NCBI GenBank assembly: GCA_036172245.1
Contig: JAYWIR010000002.1
Location: 6,758,001-6,822,000 of the forward strand
Direction: 5' to 3'
Source of the DNA: Raillietiella orientalis
Lineage: Eukaryota
DNA length: 64,000 nt
In this document: one piece after another, positions 48,401-60,400 of the stretch
How positions within the stretch are numbered: position 1 is the stretch's first letter
Layout: each line of letters opens with the position of its first letter
The notes under the pieces: generated by a model
What the model saw: only the letters and a program-made list of their open reading frames with translations
Database searches by the model: none
What the model was told of the DNA's origin: nothing
Program-made: the position numbers and the translations under genes

Positions 48401-51400
48401 CTCCTTGGTTTGCTGCGTCAGGAACAACCCGGAACCTCTGCAGCTTCCAGTGAGTGGACGGGAACGGCCGTGGAAAAAAGACACGGGGAAGGGGAAGGGA
48501 GAAAGTCCACACGTTTTTTGCATAGGTGTCTTGCGTCGGCGAAGTTCCGCTCCTCGAAATCAGCAAGAAGCAAATCAACTTCCAGAAAACTTTGGTCCGC
48601 AGGAAAAGCGTGGAGTACGTGACTCTGGAGAACCTGTCTCCCATCAAGGCGGTTTGGAGGATCGGAACCCTGGATGAAGCCCTGCACGTCCTGCAGTTCA
48701 ACCAAACATCTGGAGTTTTGAACCCCGGGGAAAGTTTTCACCTGTCCGTGCAGCTGGAGGCCTTGAAGCCAGTCACCTTTGCGAGGAAGCCCCTGAAAGT
48801 CGAGGTACTTGGCTTTTTCGAAATTCCCGTTTTGCGAAAGGGGCGATAATGCCCCTCGGACCGTGGCCTGGACGCAGCTCCGGAAGGAAGGAGGTCTACA
48901 AAAGGCGGACTGGACGTCACCGCGCTGTGTTTGGCGCTCCGATCCCGTTTCGAAATGGCCAACCTCTTGCACACGTGCCGAAAGCAGATAACAAGCGCTC
49001 TAGAGATGCCAGACGGCGGCCTTGGGCTCTCGATGCTGGAGAAAACACAATTTATGCCTACGCGTAATTGCATTCATCCACGCTGGGAGACTGGTGGTGT
49101 GCGCTGGCGTGCCTTTGGACAACGGTGCTGCTTTGGAGAGTCCTCGGGAAGTGGCAAGCGAAAACCAGCAATTCGGGAACCCGGAAAAGCACGAAGCTTT
49201 TTTTTCTGCAACGGTCTCCTCCTCGCATTGTCGATCGGCACCCTGGACGATGCAGGATAGCGGGATGAAGCCCTGTGGTATTTTGCTAACACGTTGGCGC
49301 CTCTGAAGTCAAGCGAGTTGCCCTGGCCGGCGCCACAGTTCATTTCCGGGAGAGGGGACCCCGATCGCTTCGATTCCCCCCCCCCCCCACCACCACCCAG
49401 TGATTGATTTCATAATGTCTCAGGGAAGTCTCTGGTTTGAATCCGCGATCTTTTTTCGCAACGTCTCTACTTTTTAAACTGATCGAGGTTGAAGCCTCTC
49501 CGACGAAGAAGGGACAGACTCTTTCCAGAACGGAAGGGTACGTGGCGAAGACGAAGGCAACTTCAACAAGCAGGCTGTGGCTCAGAAAAGCTCAACTGGC
49601 CTGCAGACCTTTGCGGTCTGTGGACCTACCACCTTAATAAAAGAAATTCAGATGCAGCAAGAATTTTCGTCAGCCTTGCGAAAGATGGCAATCGGTGACG
49701 CGACTGATTGATAGCCGCAGGTTTCCTGCTCCGGAAAAGTTGAGCAACGAGCAATTTATTCTCGTAGGAGATGACATTTTTAGGACAATAGCGAAGGAGA
49801 TACGGCAAATGAAATTATGGATGTCCCCACAAAGGAAGCCGAACGGATCGGCTGCACTTGGAGCACTGAATTCAATAGAACATGTGTCTGCCTGTTACGG
49901 GACCGTACTTTCACAGCGGCGTGCTGCTGTCGGCGCCGCATGGTGGTTGAGAAAGTGCTTGGACTTTCGAAGCCTGCGCAAATTCTGTGACCGTGGAATG
50001 CACTGCCAAAGCAGCTGACAGGGGCGAGTTAGGAGCCGCACCTGGTCACTGCGTGCTGCCCTCTTCGAATGCTAGCTTTACCTTCAGAAGCGCAGTCACA
50101 TGAGGCGTGCGTGCCGTGGACATGCAGAACGTACGGGAGGTTGGCATCGTTTTCGTCTGAATGGCACCGGGGACCACGTCGGACAATGCCTTCCGGACGC
50201 CTACAGAGAATTATCCCTCAGCTGAATTTTCCTCCGTTTTCTCCGTACGCGGCTGCAGTGCTGCTCGAAAGAGTCTCGCGCGTGAGCCGACCCGCATCGT
50301 AAATCTCTCGATGGCAGTCGGTACACGGGAATACGAAAGAAGCGGTCATTTTCCTTTTCCCTCTCCAGGTTTTGTCCGGCGAGCCGACCATCGACACCGT
50401 CTACCAAACCGAAACTGTGCTTGTCAGTGCCGAGACGTATGACGTCATGGTCGACATTTTGTTCCCCAAGAGCATGGAAGGGAGGTTGGACTTTGGAGAA
50501 GTGCGAGTGCTGGATGAGCTCAAGTGCAACTTCTCCATGAGAAACAAAGGAAAATACGAGATAAGTTACAGGTGCCTGATCACGCCGTGGTTTTCGCGTA
50601 GTCCGTGCGACTTTTGCCTCCGTGGTACCGGTGGGTCCGCCGCGGCGGCGTGAATCTGATGGGGGATCAGCAGCATTGAGAGCCGTCAATCCCACGGAGG
50701 AATGAGAGAGAGTGCACGTGTCCTCCTCAAGAAAGTCTCTGGAGAGGGGCTGGCCTTTCTATTCTTTTCTTTTCCGTTGATTGGCGGAACCGTCTGGCAG
50801 AGCAAGCTCTCCATACTCCCACGTCCCCCAAAAAAAGAAAAGAAAAGAATCAAACGCAGAGACCATGCAGAGGGTCAGCGAAGGAGTCACACGGGAGCAG
50901 TGGGTGCTCCAGGCAACGAGACCTCTGTTTAGGTGAGCCGGCGTGCAAACATCTTTGCTGCCAGCCGGACACAGCAAGGAGTCCGCGGCTAGATGGGCCG
51001 CCATCCTCGCTTAGAAGAGGAAAGCAGGTCGCGGGCGGGTGCCGTGCCACGAAGTGAGGAATCATCATCACGCAGAAGGTACAAGAGCCCTGCGTCATCG
51101 TCACCAAAGGACCCTTGTTCACCCCGCAACCCAATGCCATTTCTGAAATGACCGTTTCCGGCAAAATCATCCCTGCAGAGGCGACTTTCCCTATGTCTGG
51201 AAAGGGAGAATACGAAGCGAATTGCCGCAGGGCGAACAAGGTGGTGGCGCCACCATCCAGAGGCAAGTTGAGGAGGAAGCTGCTTCCGCCAGAAAAGCAG
51301 TCTTCGGGGAGCGTCAGTCATGACGGTGAAGAAGGAGGTCCGCCACGGTCGGCAGGGCGCGCTGGAATCGCGGTGCTGCCTGTGCTCGGGACTTCTGGAT

Positions 51401-54400
51401 CGGAGAAGTGAGACCTTGGAGCGCAAGAACCGGCTCTACGCCGTGACCTCGTTCCCACCCCCTACCTCCTTGCCGAGTTCCGACCGCTCCTCAGCCGCTT
51501 CCTCCGCGGTCGATCTCTATGCAGCTGCGATCCCGTAGCGCAATCGGACGCGTAGGGTAGGGAGATCAGGAGGGCACGCGCGCCTCCTAAGCTGCCGCGA
51601 GGAGCGCGCTCTTCGCGTCCGCGCGGAGGAGTGGGGACGGGTGGCGGCGATCCGGAAACTGCCGTTGCTCCACTCTCTGGCACCGCCCCGCGACTGCTCC
51701 CCGTCTCTCCCTTTTGCAGCCTGCATCCCGACTTCTCCAAGCTCCCGTCGACGCCGAGCTCGTGCTCGATGACCCTCGCCCCCAGCCGAGGAACGCTGCC
51801 GCCTGGGGAAAACAGGACTACGGTGGTTTCGGTAAGTCCCCCGTCGGCGCCGCTTTGGGCCGATGGATCGCTCGCACTATGGAGAGCCGCCGTTCCTGCG
51901 CGCGCTCGCTCTCCTGGAACAGACGAAACACGGAGGTGGCGGCGCGCGGCGAGGAACGTTGGGTCGCCTTCTGATCTCTCTCCACGTGCGTCGCCGCCCT
52001 CGTCGGAGGAGGTCTTGTTGCGCAAGACTTTCCTTTCCCTTCACTTCGGGACACGCGCGCGCTCCAAGGGGTCCGCCGCCGACTCGGTAGCAGCCTTCGC
52101 GGCGAGGGAAGGGGGTGGGGGACTGCTTGTTGGGAGGAGCCTTTTGACAACGTAGGAGCGGCAGTTGATGTTTGCTGCCGCCAGCTCCGACGACGGTTCC
52201 CTTGTTTGAACTCGCTCCAGAGGAGAAGGGGAAGGGAGAGGGAGGGGAGAAGCCAGGCGGTTCGAGCGAGCGCTTTCGCTTTTGAAAACCCCAGCTCTCC
52301 GCGCACCTGTGCGTAGACGCCCTGCTGAGTGAGGGCTCCCTGCCGTCGCTGCATAGCCGACACTGTTCTAGGACCCGCCATCCCACCACACGCAACCTGG
52401 CACTCGTCACCTCGAATGGGTCTCGCGTGCCTCCGCCGTCGTCTTTCTTTGGAGGGGCGAAAGCAGCAAAGAGAGCTGAAGAACTCGCCAAGGAAGGAGG
52501 GTCGCCGGTGGAGTGCAGTCTTGCTTCCTGCCGAATCAGCAGCTAGCCAAGCGCCCTCCCTCAGCCCTCGCTGCAGCATCCCCTCTCCCTCCTCTTCCAT
52601 TTCACCCCAGCTCAGTGAAGGGAAAAAGAGGAGCGAAAAGGTTCGGGAGCTGCAGCAGCAGCTGCGACTTTGAAGGCGAGTCGTTCCTCCTCACGCCCCC
52701 TCGTGCCATCCACAGCACCGGACTCTGTTGCACTCGGACGTCTCCTCCAATCAGCAAGTCCTTCCGCGCCCTCGCAGCTCGTGTCGTGTCCCCCGCCCCC
52801 TCCCGCCCGCCCGCGTGACGTCATCGATGATTTCCTCTAGCACGAAAGAATCCCGCGGTGGGATAAAAGTGCTGAGGCGAAGCGAAGCGAAGAAAAAACG
52901 AGAGCAGAGGTGCCTCCCCCTCCTAAACGTTCCCGGGTGGGGGGGAATGGCAGGCCGAGCCGCCAGCCTAGCAGCAGCCTGCAGATGCCCTGCAACGCAT
53001 CCCCCCTCTTGAATCCCCGGCGTCCAGAGAAAAACTCGGCAGTGGGCGGTGGCTGGGCAGACCTCTGGCAGATGCCACTTTTTTCCCAACTGGGAAAGGA
53101 GGAAGAGGGGGAGGAGGAGGACTGGAAGGGAAGAAGAAGAAGAGGAGACTGGAGACCAAATCGCTTGCTTGAACCACCAGCAAGTGAGAAAGGGTCTCAG
53201 GAACAGGGCGTTCCGCAGATGACGGCGAACTCGGCGTCTCCTCTCGAGGTGGTCTCTTCTTCGCATCCGCAAACAGCATGGGAATGAGCAGCTCCCGCAG
53301 GGACATTTGATCAAGACGGACCCTCCGAGGTGCGGAAGACTCGTCTTGGTCAAAAAAAGCGTCAGCGCGCTCGCACGAGCAGCGTGTCCTTGGGCTCTCT
53401 GCAAACGCTCGCGCTTCAGCTGGTGTTGTAGTCAGCAGCCATCCGAGTAGCAAACAGACCATCCTCGCAAGTCCTCCCGGAGAGCTCTGCGTTACTTACG
53501 TGAGGCACGTGGTGCGCTTTCAGAGTCCAAGAGTTGTGGTGGGCGGGTGTCGTGCGAAAAACTGCTCAGGCCGCAGCGGAAACGACTCATACGACGTCGT
53601 CTAGGAGTTTGGTACTCTGACCTTTGGAGGGAAAGGGATCCGCTTGCAGCGCATCCGTGGTATGTCTTTCACGTTCCCACGAGCATTTTGCTGCTTGGGT
53701 TGTGAGCTAAGGGTTGCCTGGCTGCCTCGAAGTTCAGCTCTCTGGCCTTTCTTTTTTTCTTTGTGCGTCTCTTTAGTCTGCTTTGTGACCCATCGAGCTC
53801 CAGAGAAGCCTCTCCTGGCAATTTTTCCAGTCTTTGCGGGTGACAGAGTCAGGCCGAAGACCCACAGCCACGTCTGCTTGCCTGCCATGCTACCAGCTGC
53901 TGCTCCGCCGGAAAGTGGTGGAGGCGTGCAGCGGTGGCCACTTTGGGCGGAGCAGACAAGGAAGAGCTACCGAGCAGTTGGCAAGCACATTGGGATAGAC
54001 ACATGGGCGAGTGCACAGAAATGCAGTCAACTCTGTCCGCTGAGCCGAATTCCGGAGGAGACAAGATGCGCTCTTTTCCGTGCAGGTTCAAGGTGCTGCC
54101 TGCGTCTTTCCCGTTGCATGTCTTTTCGCTAAGCGCGTCGCACGTCTTTGCAGCTGCCTGAAGCGATCCCCCGTGATAAGCAAAGCTCTCGCAACTGGCA
54201 GCCATCTGGCGGCAGCGGGCATCTGCCGCCATGTGAGGATGAAGGAAAAGGCCGCTCTTTCAGGTGCCTTCTGGCTAGTCAGGGCTTTTCTCTTCGTATG
54301 CCGCTGATACCCAGTGGCTGAGGCACGCGGCAAGGTCCCCGGGTGCGCAGTGCGTGGATTTGCAAACGCAAACGGTCCACGAGCCTCTTCCGGCACCCTC

Positions 54401-57400
54401 TTGGCCCAGCCTCCCCAAGTCACGCCGTGCAGGAATGGACCACCTGAGCGATTTGCTATCCCAGGGTACGCGCAGGGGTGAGGGGGGGAGGTGCATGAGT
54501 GCGTGCGGTACACGCGCGCTTGTAACAGAGGGCGATACATTTCACTCCAGCTTCCGTTCCCACCTTTGGAAAGGTCGAAACGTGGTCGTCCGAGAACTGC
54601 CTTTTTGGGGTCGCAGTAGCGCGCTAAGGGCTCTTTGCAAACGTGCGCCAGAGTGCGGCTTCCGGCTTCCTGGTTCCCTCCCCACCACCGCTCCCTGAAA
54701 GCTCACTCGCCGTCGGCAGTGCTTTGAAAGCAACTAAATCACACTGTGATTTAGTCGGACGCAGTGCAGACGACGGGCAGTACCGTTCTTCTTCTGAATG
54801 GCGTAGCCTTTTAAGTCACATCGGGTCAAGCTGCCACCCAGTGCCACGGAAGTAGGAAGGTGATCTTTTTTCTTTTTTTTAAAAGAGGTGTCCTCAATCA
54901 GGCTGATGCCTGAGAAGCTGTAGGATGGGGGCAGCTGGATAGCATTTTGCCGATGTCCCCGGGTTGTCCAGCTGAGTGTGAGACTTAGGACAGAGTGAAG
55001 AGTTTGCAGCCAGAGCGCATTCATCGGAGGATCCCGAATGGACTCCTCTCCGAGATTGGAGTACGCGATGGCGTACAGATTTGCGGGAGGGAGGGACAGA
55101 GAGTGCTGCAACGCTATGGCTTTTGCCTCCACCAGGGCAGAAACAAATGCACACTCCCAGATGGCAAAGAATTCCCTCCTCCTTCCGACGATCAGATGCA
55201 GGACTGGAGGTCGTTTACGATTTTTTCTAGAAGCCGAAACCGAAAGGTCACCGCCGTCCCCTTGCGGAATTGCCAGAGAGCATTTCGATTGACCCTCCAT
55301 GACGTGCTGCGCTTCTAATCCGTCGAGCTCGTTCGGTCAACTGGGGAAAGGGAGGAGGGCGGAAGTCCCCCTCTCACCGCATTGATTCGAGGCGACTGGC
55401 TGCAGGTGACCGTTCCGTTCTCACTGCTCGAGGCAAGCAGCTCAGCACCCTCGTTCCTTGCAAACCGTAGCAGCAGCTTAAAAGGGCATCGTCCACTTTG
55501 TAAGTCCTCTTTGCTTTTTGCCGAAAAAGCCTGTGCCTCCTCTCGTCGAAACAACGGTCATAACTATCCCGAGCTTCTCGCCTTCTGCTGCGAAAGTTGG
55601 TCAGTCTGCGATGCATGCTGATATGATATGCTCCAAGGCGTCACGTGTACCACAGAGACCGTTTGCTCTGACGACTGCCACGCAGCACGGCGAGCAGTTC
55701 CTGCAGTCGGCAAGCCGATGCCACTTTAGGGTGGAGTTTCTTGAATGTCCTCTTGACCAAAAGAGCCGCATGAGGCCTTCCGTGTAGTCGATCCATCAAT
55801 CCTTGCCCGACACTGTTTCAGAAACCACTCCTCCCAACGTTCCCTCTTCCCTCGGCATTTCAACCAGATGCCCTCCCTTGATGCTCCCTCTTTCTCCTCC
55901 TCTCCCCCCCCCCTTCCCGGGTCCTCAATCTTTTAACTCTCGAGCGGTAGCAGTGCGGCTACCTCAGTGGTTCCGCTTCTCCTCATGGAGCTCTTTCGAT
56001 CGGCAGGTGTCTCTGTGCTGCTCTACTGCTGTCACCTTGATCGATGCCCACATCATCCATTGCTGTTTGATGGATCCTACTCTTCCGCCAGGGAACAAGA
56101 TCGTGGCGAGTCTCACCATCCCCGTTTCCATCAAGGCACGCTACACAGAGTGAGTTGGTCTTCCTCCTCGTGCTTGCGCACCGGCATCCCCGGATCGCTC
56201 CTTTGCTGCCCGCAATGGGCTGTCCGGGAAAAGGGATTGGGGCTGCATTGACAGCGACCGCGCAGACGCTCATGGACCTGTTCCTTCACCGCTCGCAAGA
56301 AGCCACAAGAGGATGAGAAAAAGCAGCGTGCGGCCCACGTGCGCGACGTGTACCTTGGCACACAGAACAGCCAACACCCGCAACCGCGTCCTTTCGGAGT
56401 CTCCCACGTGGTTTTGGGCCGGAGCTCTGATCACCCGATCGAGACTCCAAACCTACGCTGGGATCTCTGGTCTTAGGGACGTCCGAGTTCGGTCACCTGC
56501 TCACGTGCCACCCATGACTTGCATGCATGCGCACGCAATGGGGGACGTTTTTCCCTCAAAGATCCGCCCGAACCGGCCAGCCATCCTTTATATGAGTCTC
56601 GTCCTCGTTTTGGGAAGGATGGGGGGTCCAGTATAAAGAGAACATCCCTGCATAGGGCGGATGTGGACTTCTCAAATATGGGACGCACCGTCACAAATTC
56701 TCCCTGCTCCCTCTCCATAGCGCCCTTTTTTTGGTTCGTTCGCTTTGATTCGCTCTCTGCAGCAGCAGCAAAGAACACCCTCCGACGCAACTTCCACACC
56801 GCCCGCTCACGCCCACAGTTCTCGTGCTGTTGCTGCTGCTGCGTGCCGAATTTTGTTCTTCCCATTGAACTCTTCCCGGCCACCTCTCCCCTCTCAGCGT
56901 AGTGCCCTGAGAGGGGTGGTCGGTGTAGTGGTCGCGACGCCTCTCAGGGGAAAAACGCAGGGTGCACTTTCGAAAAACCATAGGTGACCATCGGACCGTA
57001 CGGTCTTTTCTAGAGGCTTCTGCATGATAGCACGTGTCCAGGGTTGCCGCTGGCTTGTTTGACTCCCTTCCTCCACCTCACGTTTTGAAAGCTCACCCTG
57101 TGTACGCCTCACTCGTCGGGTCTCCTCCATGACTCTACGAGGAGGTATGGTCCCGGTTCGGCTCGGAGAGCCCCTCCAGTGCTTGAACTCACCACTTGGG
57201 ACCACCCTTTCTTTCCCCTTTACCTTTGCCGCGCACAGCGCGCTTCCGTCAGTCCTTCCTGCTCCTCCTTCCCTGCCCTGTATAAAACGCGCTAGCGCGT
57301 CTAGCTGGCCACCACCCTGGACCAGTCTTCTTCACCTCGGTATAGCATGGCTCACGCGTAAGACAAGTACAGTCAGTCCCTTTGGGGTTCCCGTTCATTT

Positions 57401-60400
57401 GCCCTGAGGAGATTTCTATAAGGCGATGACACCACGTTTTCATAGCCGCCCTTCTCCAGTGGGGACGCGTATCCGTCGTTTTTTTATCCCCTCCCTCGGG
57501 CTGGGGCGGTTTGCTTTCGAGACAGAAGACTTTCTATCCGCCACCAAGCAGAAAAATGGATCCATAGGTTGACCGCCGGATCAGAATAGGGGCCATCCAA
57601 AGATAGCCCGCCACAGACCGCCGTTTTCCTTATGGTGCTTGCAGGTTTTCCATAACCCCCCCTGAAAGATTGGTGTTCGGACATCAGCCGGTGAGGGAGA
57701 AAGTGACGAGGAGCTTCCAGATTGCGAATACCGGCGCGTTCGACCTGCACTTCCGGATCGCAAAGGCGCCCAGCTCAAGGGACGAGACATCGAAGGTAAA
57801 CCGGGAGCCGGGGATGCAACGAGGGCTGCTCCTCCGACCGGCAGACCACGATGCCGGTGCTGCTGACGAAGAAGAAACTGATGACGAAGACCCTCTTCTT
57901 CCCTTCCTCCCCCGAACCTCGTAGCAACGCGGACGGAGCGGCAGAGTTCTCCAGGAAGAGACTGTAAGTGACCTCTCTCTCTCACGCGGACGGGAAAAAA
58001 AAAAAAAAACTGATCTTCCAGAGAGAGCAACATCCGGTTGACCTTGCCACCGTTTACCCTCTACCCTGCTTCTGGGATCGTCGGCAAGGGGAGCTCCCAG
58101 GAGCAGATCTGGGTCGAATGTGTCCCGGAAAGCGATTCGGCGATCGAAGAGGTTGCACAAGGAGGAGCTGGCTGGGTTCACAGGCCGTTTGGTTTGCAGA
58201 ACATCTCCATCTTCATCTCCAACTGCAACCCTAAGCTGTGCTCCGAGGAAGGGCTGCGATATTCGCTTTCTGTGGAAGGCTGCGTCCCTTCCTTTTCCAA
58301 GGATCCGAGGATCCTGTTCGAAGAATTCTGCCTAGTCGAGGACGACGCCGACGCGATTCAGAAGGATCCCGAGGTTTGTCCTGCCGTCGCTTCGACCGAC
58401 TCGAGTACCGGAGCGGGGATTTCCCCCGTCTCGCTCCACTATCAAGAGCCCCTTGCCCTGCGCGCGCACGCGCGTCCTTTCCTGCCCGAAGGCGCCGAGG
58501 TCCGGGCGCGCGTAGACTCCTGCCTGCCTGCCTCCGCGGGAGCGAGCTCGTCGCGGGCCGTGGCGGGGATTGGGGAGGGGTGGAAGAAAGGTGGCGGTCG
58601 TGGACCGAGTGCACCCGGTCGTCTCCCCCAAGTTGCAGCACCCCGGAGGAGTTTTCTGCCGCCTGCGGAACCGTTTCTTCTTCCCGCCCACCGTCATAGG
58701 GAACTCCTCCACGGCCAGGTTCCAACTTTGGAATGCGCAGCAAATCCCCTGCGATGTGTCGGTGAACCTAATCTATGCGGATCTGGCCGCTACAAGGGCG
58801 GACGGCAAAGGTGAGGAGGGGAAGGAGGGAGGAAAAAAGTAAGGGGAAGGGGGGGGAGAGGGGACCGTTGCGAGGAAACTCGGCAGCTCCTCCCACGCCT
58901 GCTCCCGCAGATCCCGTCGAACGCACCTTTGACCTCGAGACCCCGACACGAGTCACGATCCCGGCCATGGAGCGTACTTTCGCTGCCGTTCGGTTCAGCC
59001 CTCACTCCTTGCAGGTGCGGTGACGTATGCCTGAGATGCTGCCACGAAAACTCTCTCTTCCTCTCTCTCTCTCTTGTCTCGTCTCCCGCAGCTGTACCAC
59101 TCGCAGATCTCTCTGATCCTGGAAAACCTCCCTGCCGGCTCGGTCCGAGAATCCGAAAGGGTCGTCTTCGAGCTGTGTGGAGAAGGGGTGCTACCCGAGA
59201 TCTCCTTGCTCTGTCCTGCCATGGTCAACAGCTGCATCGATTTCAAGGAGACGCCCGTGGGAATGCAGGGGAAAATCCCCCTGAAAGTGGCGAACACCGG
59301 GAAAGTCTCGTGCATGGTGAGCGGGAGCTCTTTGTTACTGGGTCCTGGCGCTTATGCCGGAAGCGCAGCGAGAGTGAAGGCGATAGCGTGCACTCGGGCT
59401 CCTGGAAAGGTGAACGGTGGCAGCGGCTGCCCGGGACAGCTGGGAGTACTCCCCTGTTCCCGGATCAGAAGAATCGCTTCGCTTCGCCTCGCCTCCCGAC
59501 TCCCCCCATCCATCAGGGGCCAGCCGACTCGCTCCCCAGAATTCCCCCACTTTTGCGGCTTCTCTCAGCACTGTTTTATCCAGGCACGCAGAGGTCGCTC
59601 AGCAAGCTCCCCCTGTCCTTGGTTCCTTGCGCGCTGCGTCCCGTTTCTTTCCGGTGCCACGGGTCACAGACGAGTTGCGGGTGGATTCTCTATTACATGC
59701 GATCCACCCGCGTCTGCCTGAGCTGCGACCACGACGGGGCAGTCACCGTCACGTCCCGTGAAACCAAGTCGCAGAGAGACCCGGCCTCAGGTTCGAATCC
59801 CACCCGGGTAAGGAAGGACGAACGTTAGGAATGAATGTGCCCTCGTGGGGGTTTCGAGTCCCCTCCACAGGATGGCGCTGGTTGACCTCTGTTGGTTCAA
59901 GAGCGGCGGCATTCGTGCAAGCCGGATGCCTCCTTTGACCGGCCTCCAGGATTGGAAGTTGACTCTCCAGGGTCCTTCCAGGACATCAAGGAACCCTTCG
60001 GGGTTTTACCCCCTCTGGTTGCGAAATCAAGGTCGTTCCATGAAGCTGGTTGATATACCCCCTTCTCAGAGGGATGCTTCTCCAGAGTATTAAGAAGTGC
60101 CTTCCAGAGAAATTGGGAAGCGTCCCTTCGGAGGGTTCTCTTCAGAAGAGGAGGAAACCAGGAGCGGTTCTATTGCGGGGGGTCCCTTCGGAGAGTAAAA
60201 TTCCAGGAGTGGATCCTTTTCGGGTTCCCTTCGGAGAAGAAACGAGGATCGGCGGCCTCCACAGACCGCGGAGTCCCTCCGGAGAGAATCAGGAAGAAGC
60301 GGTTCCCTTCGGGTTCCCTCCCAAGCGTACGAGGAACGGAGCCTTCCTCGAAATGGTCCCTGCGGGGTGACCCTCTACAACTTGAAGAGTCAACACCCGC

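Noticed and set aside
59780..59865. Possible tRNA gene
   Set aside because: B-box/T-loop motifs are present, but there is no convincing A box, D arm, anticodon arm or cloverleaf.
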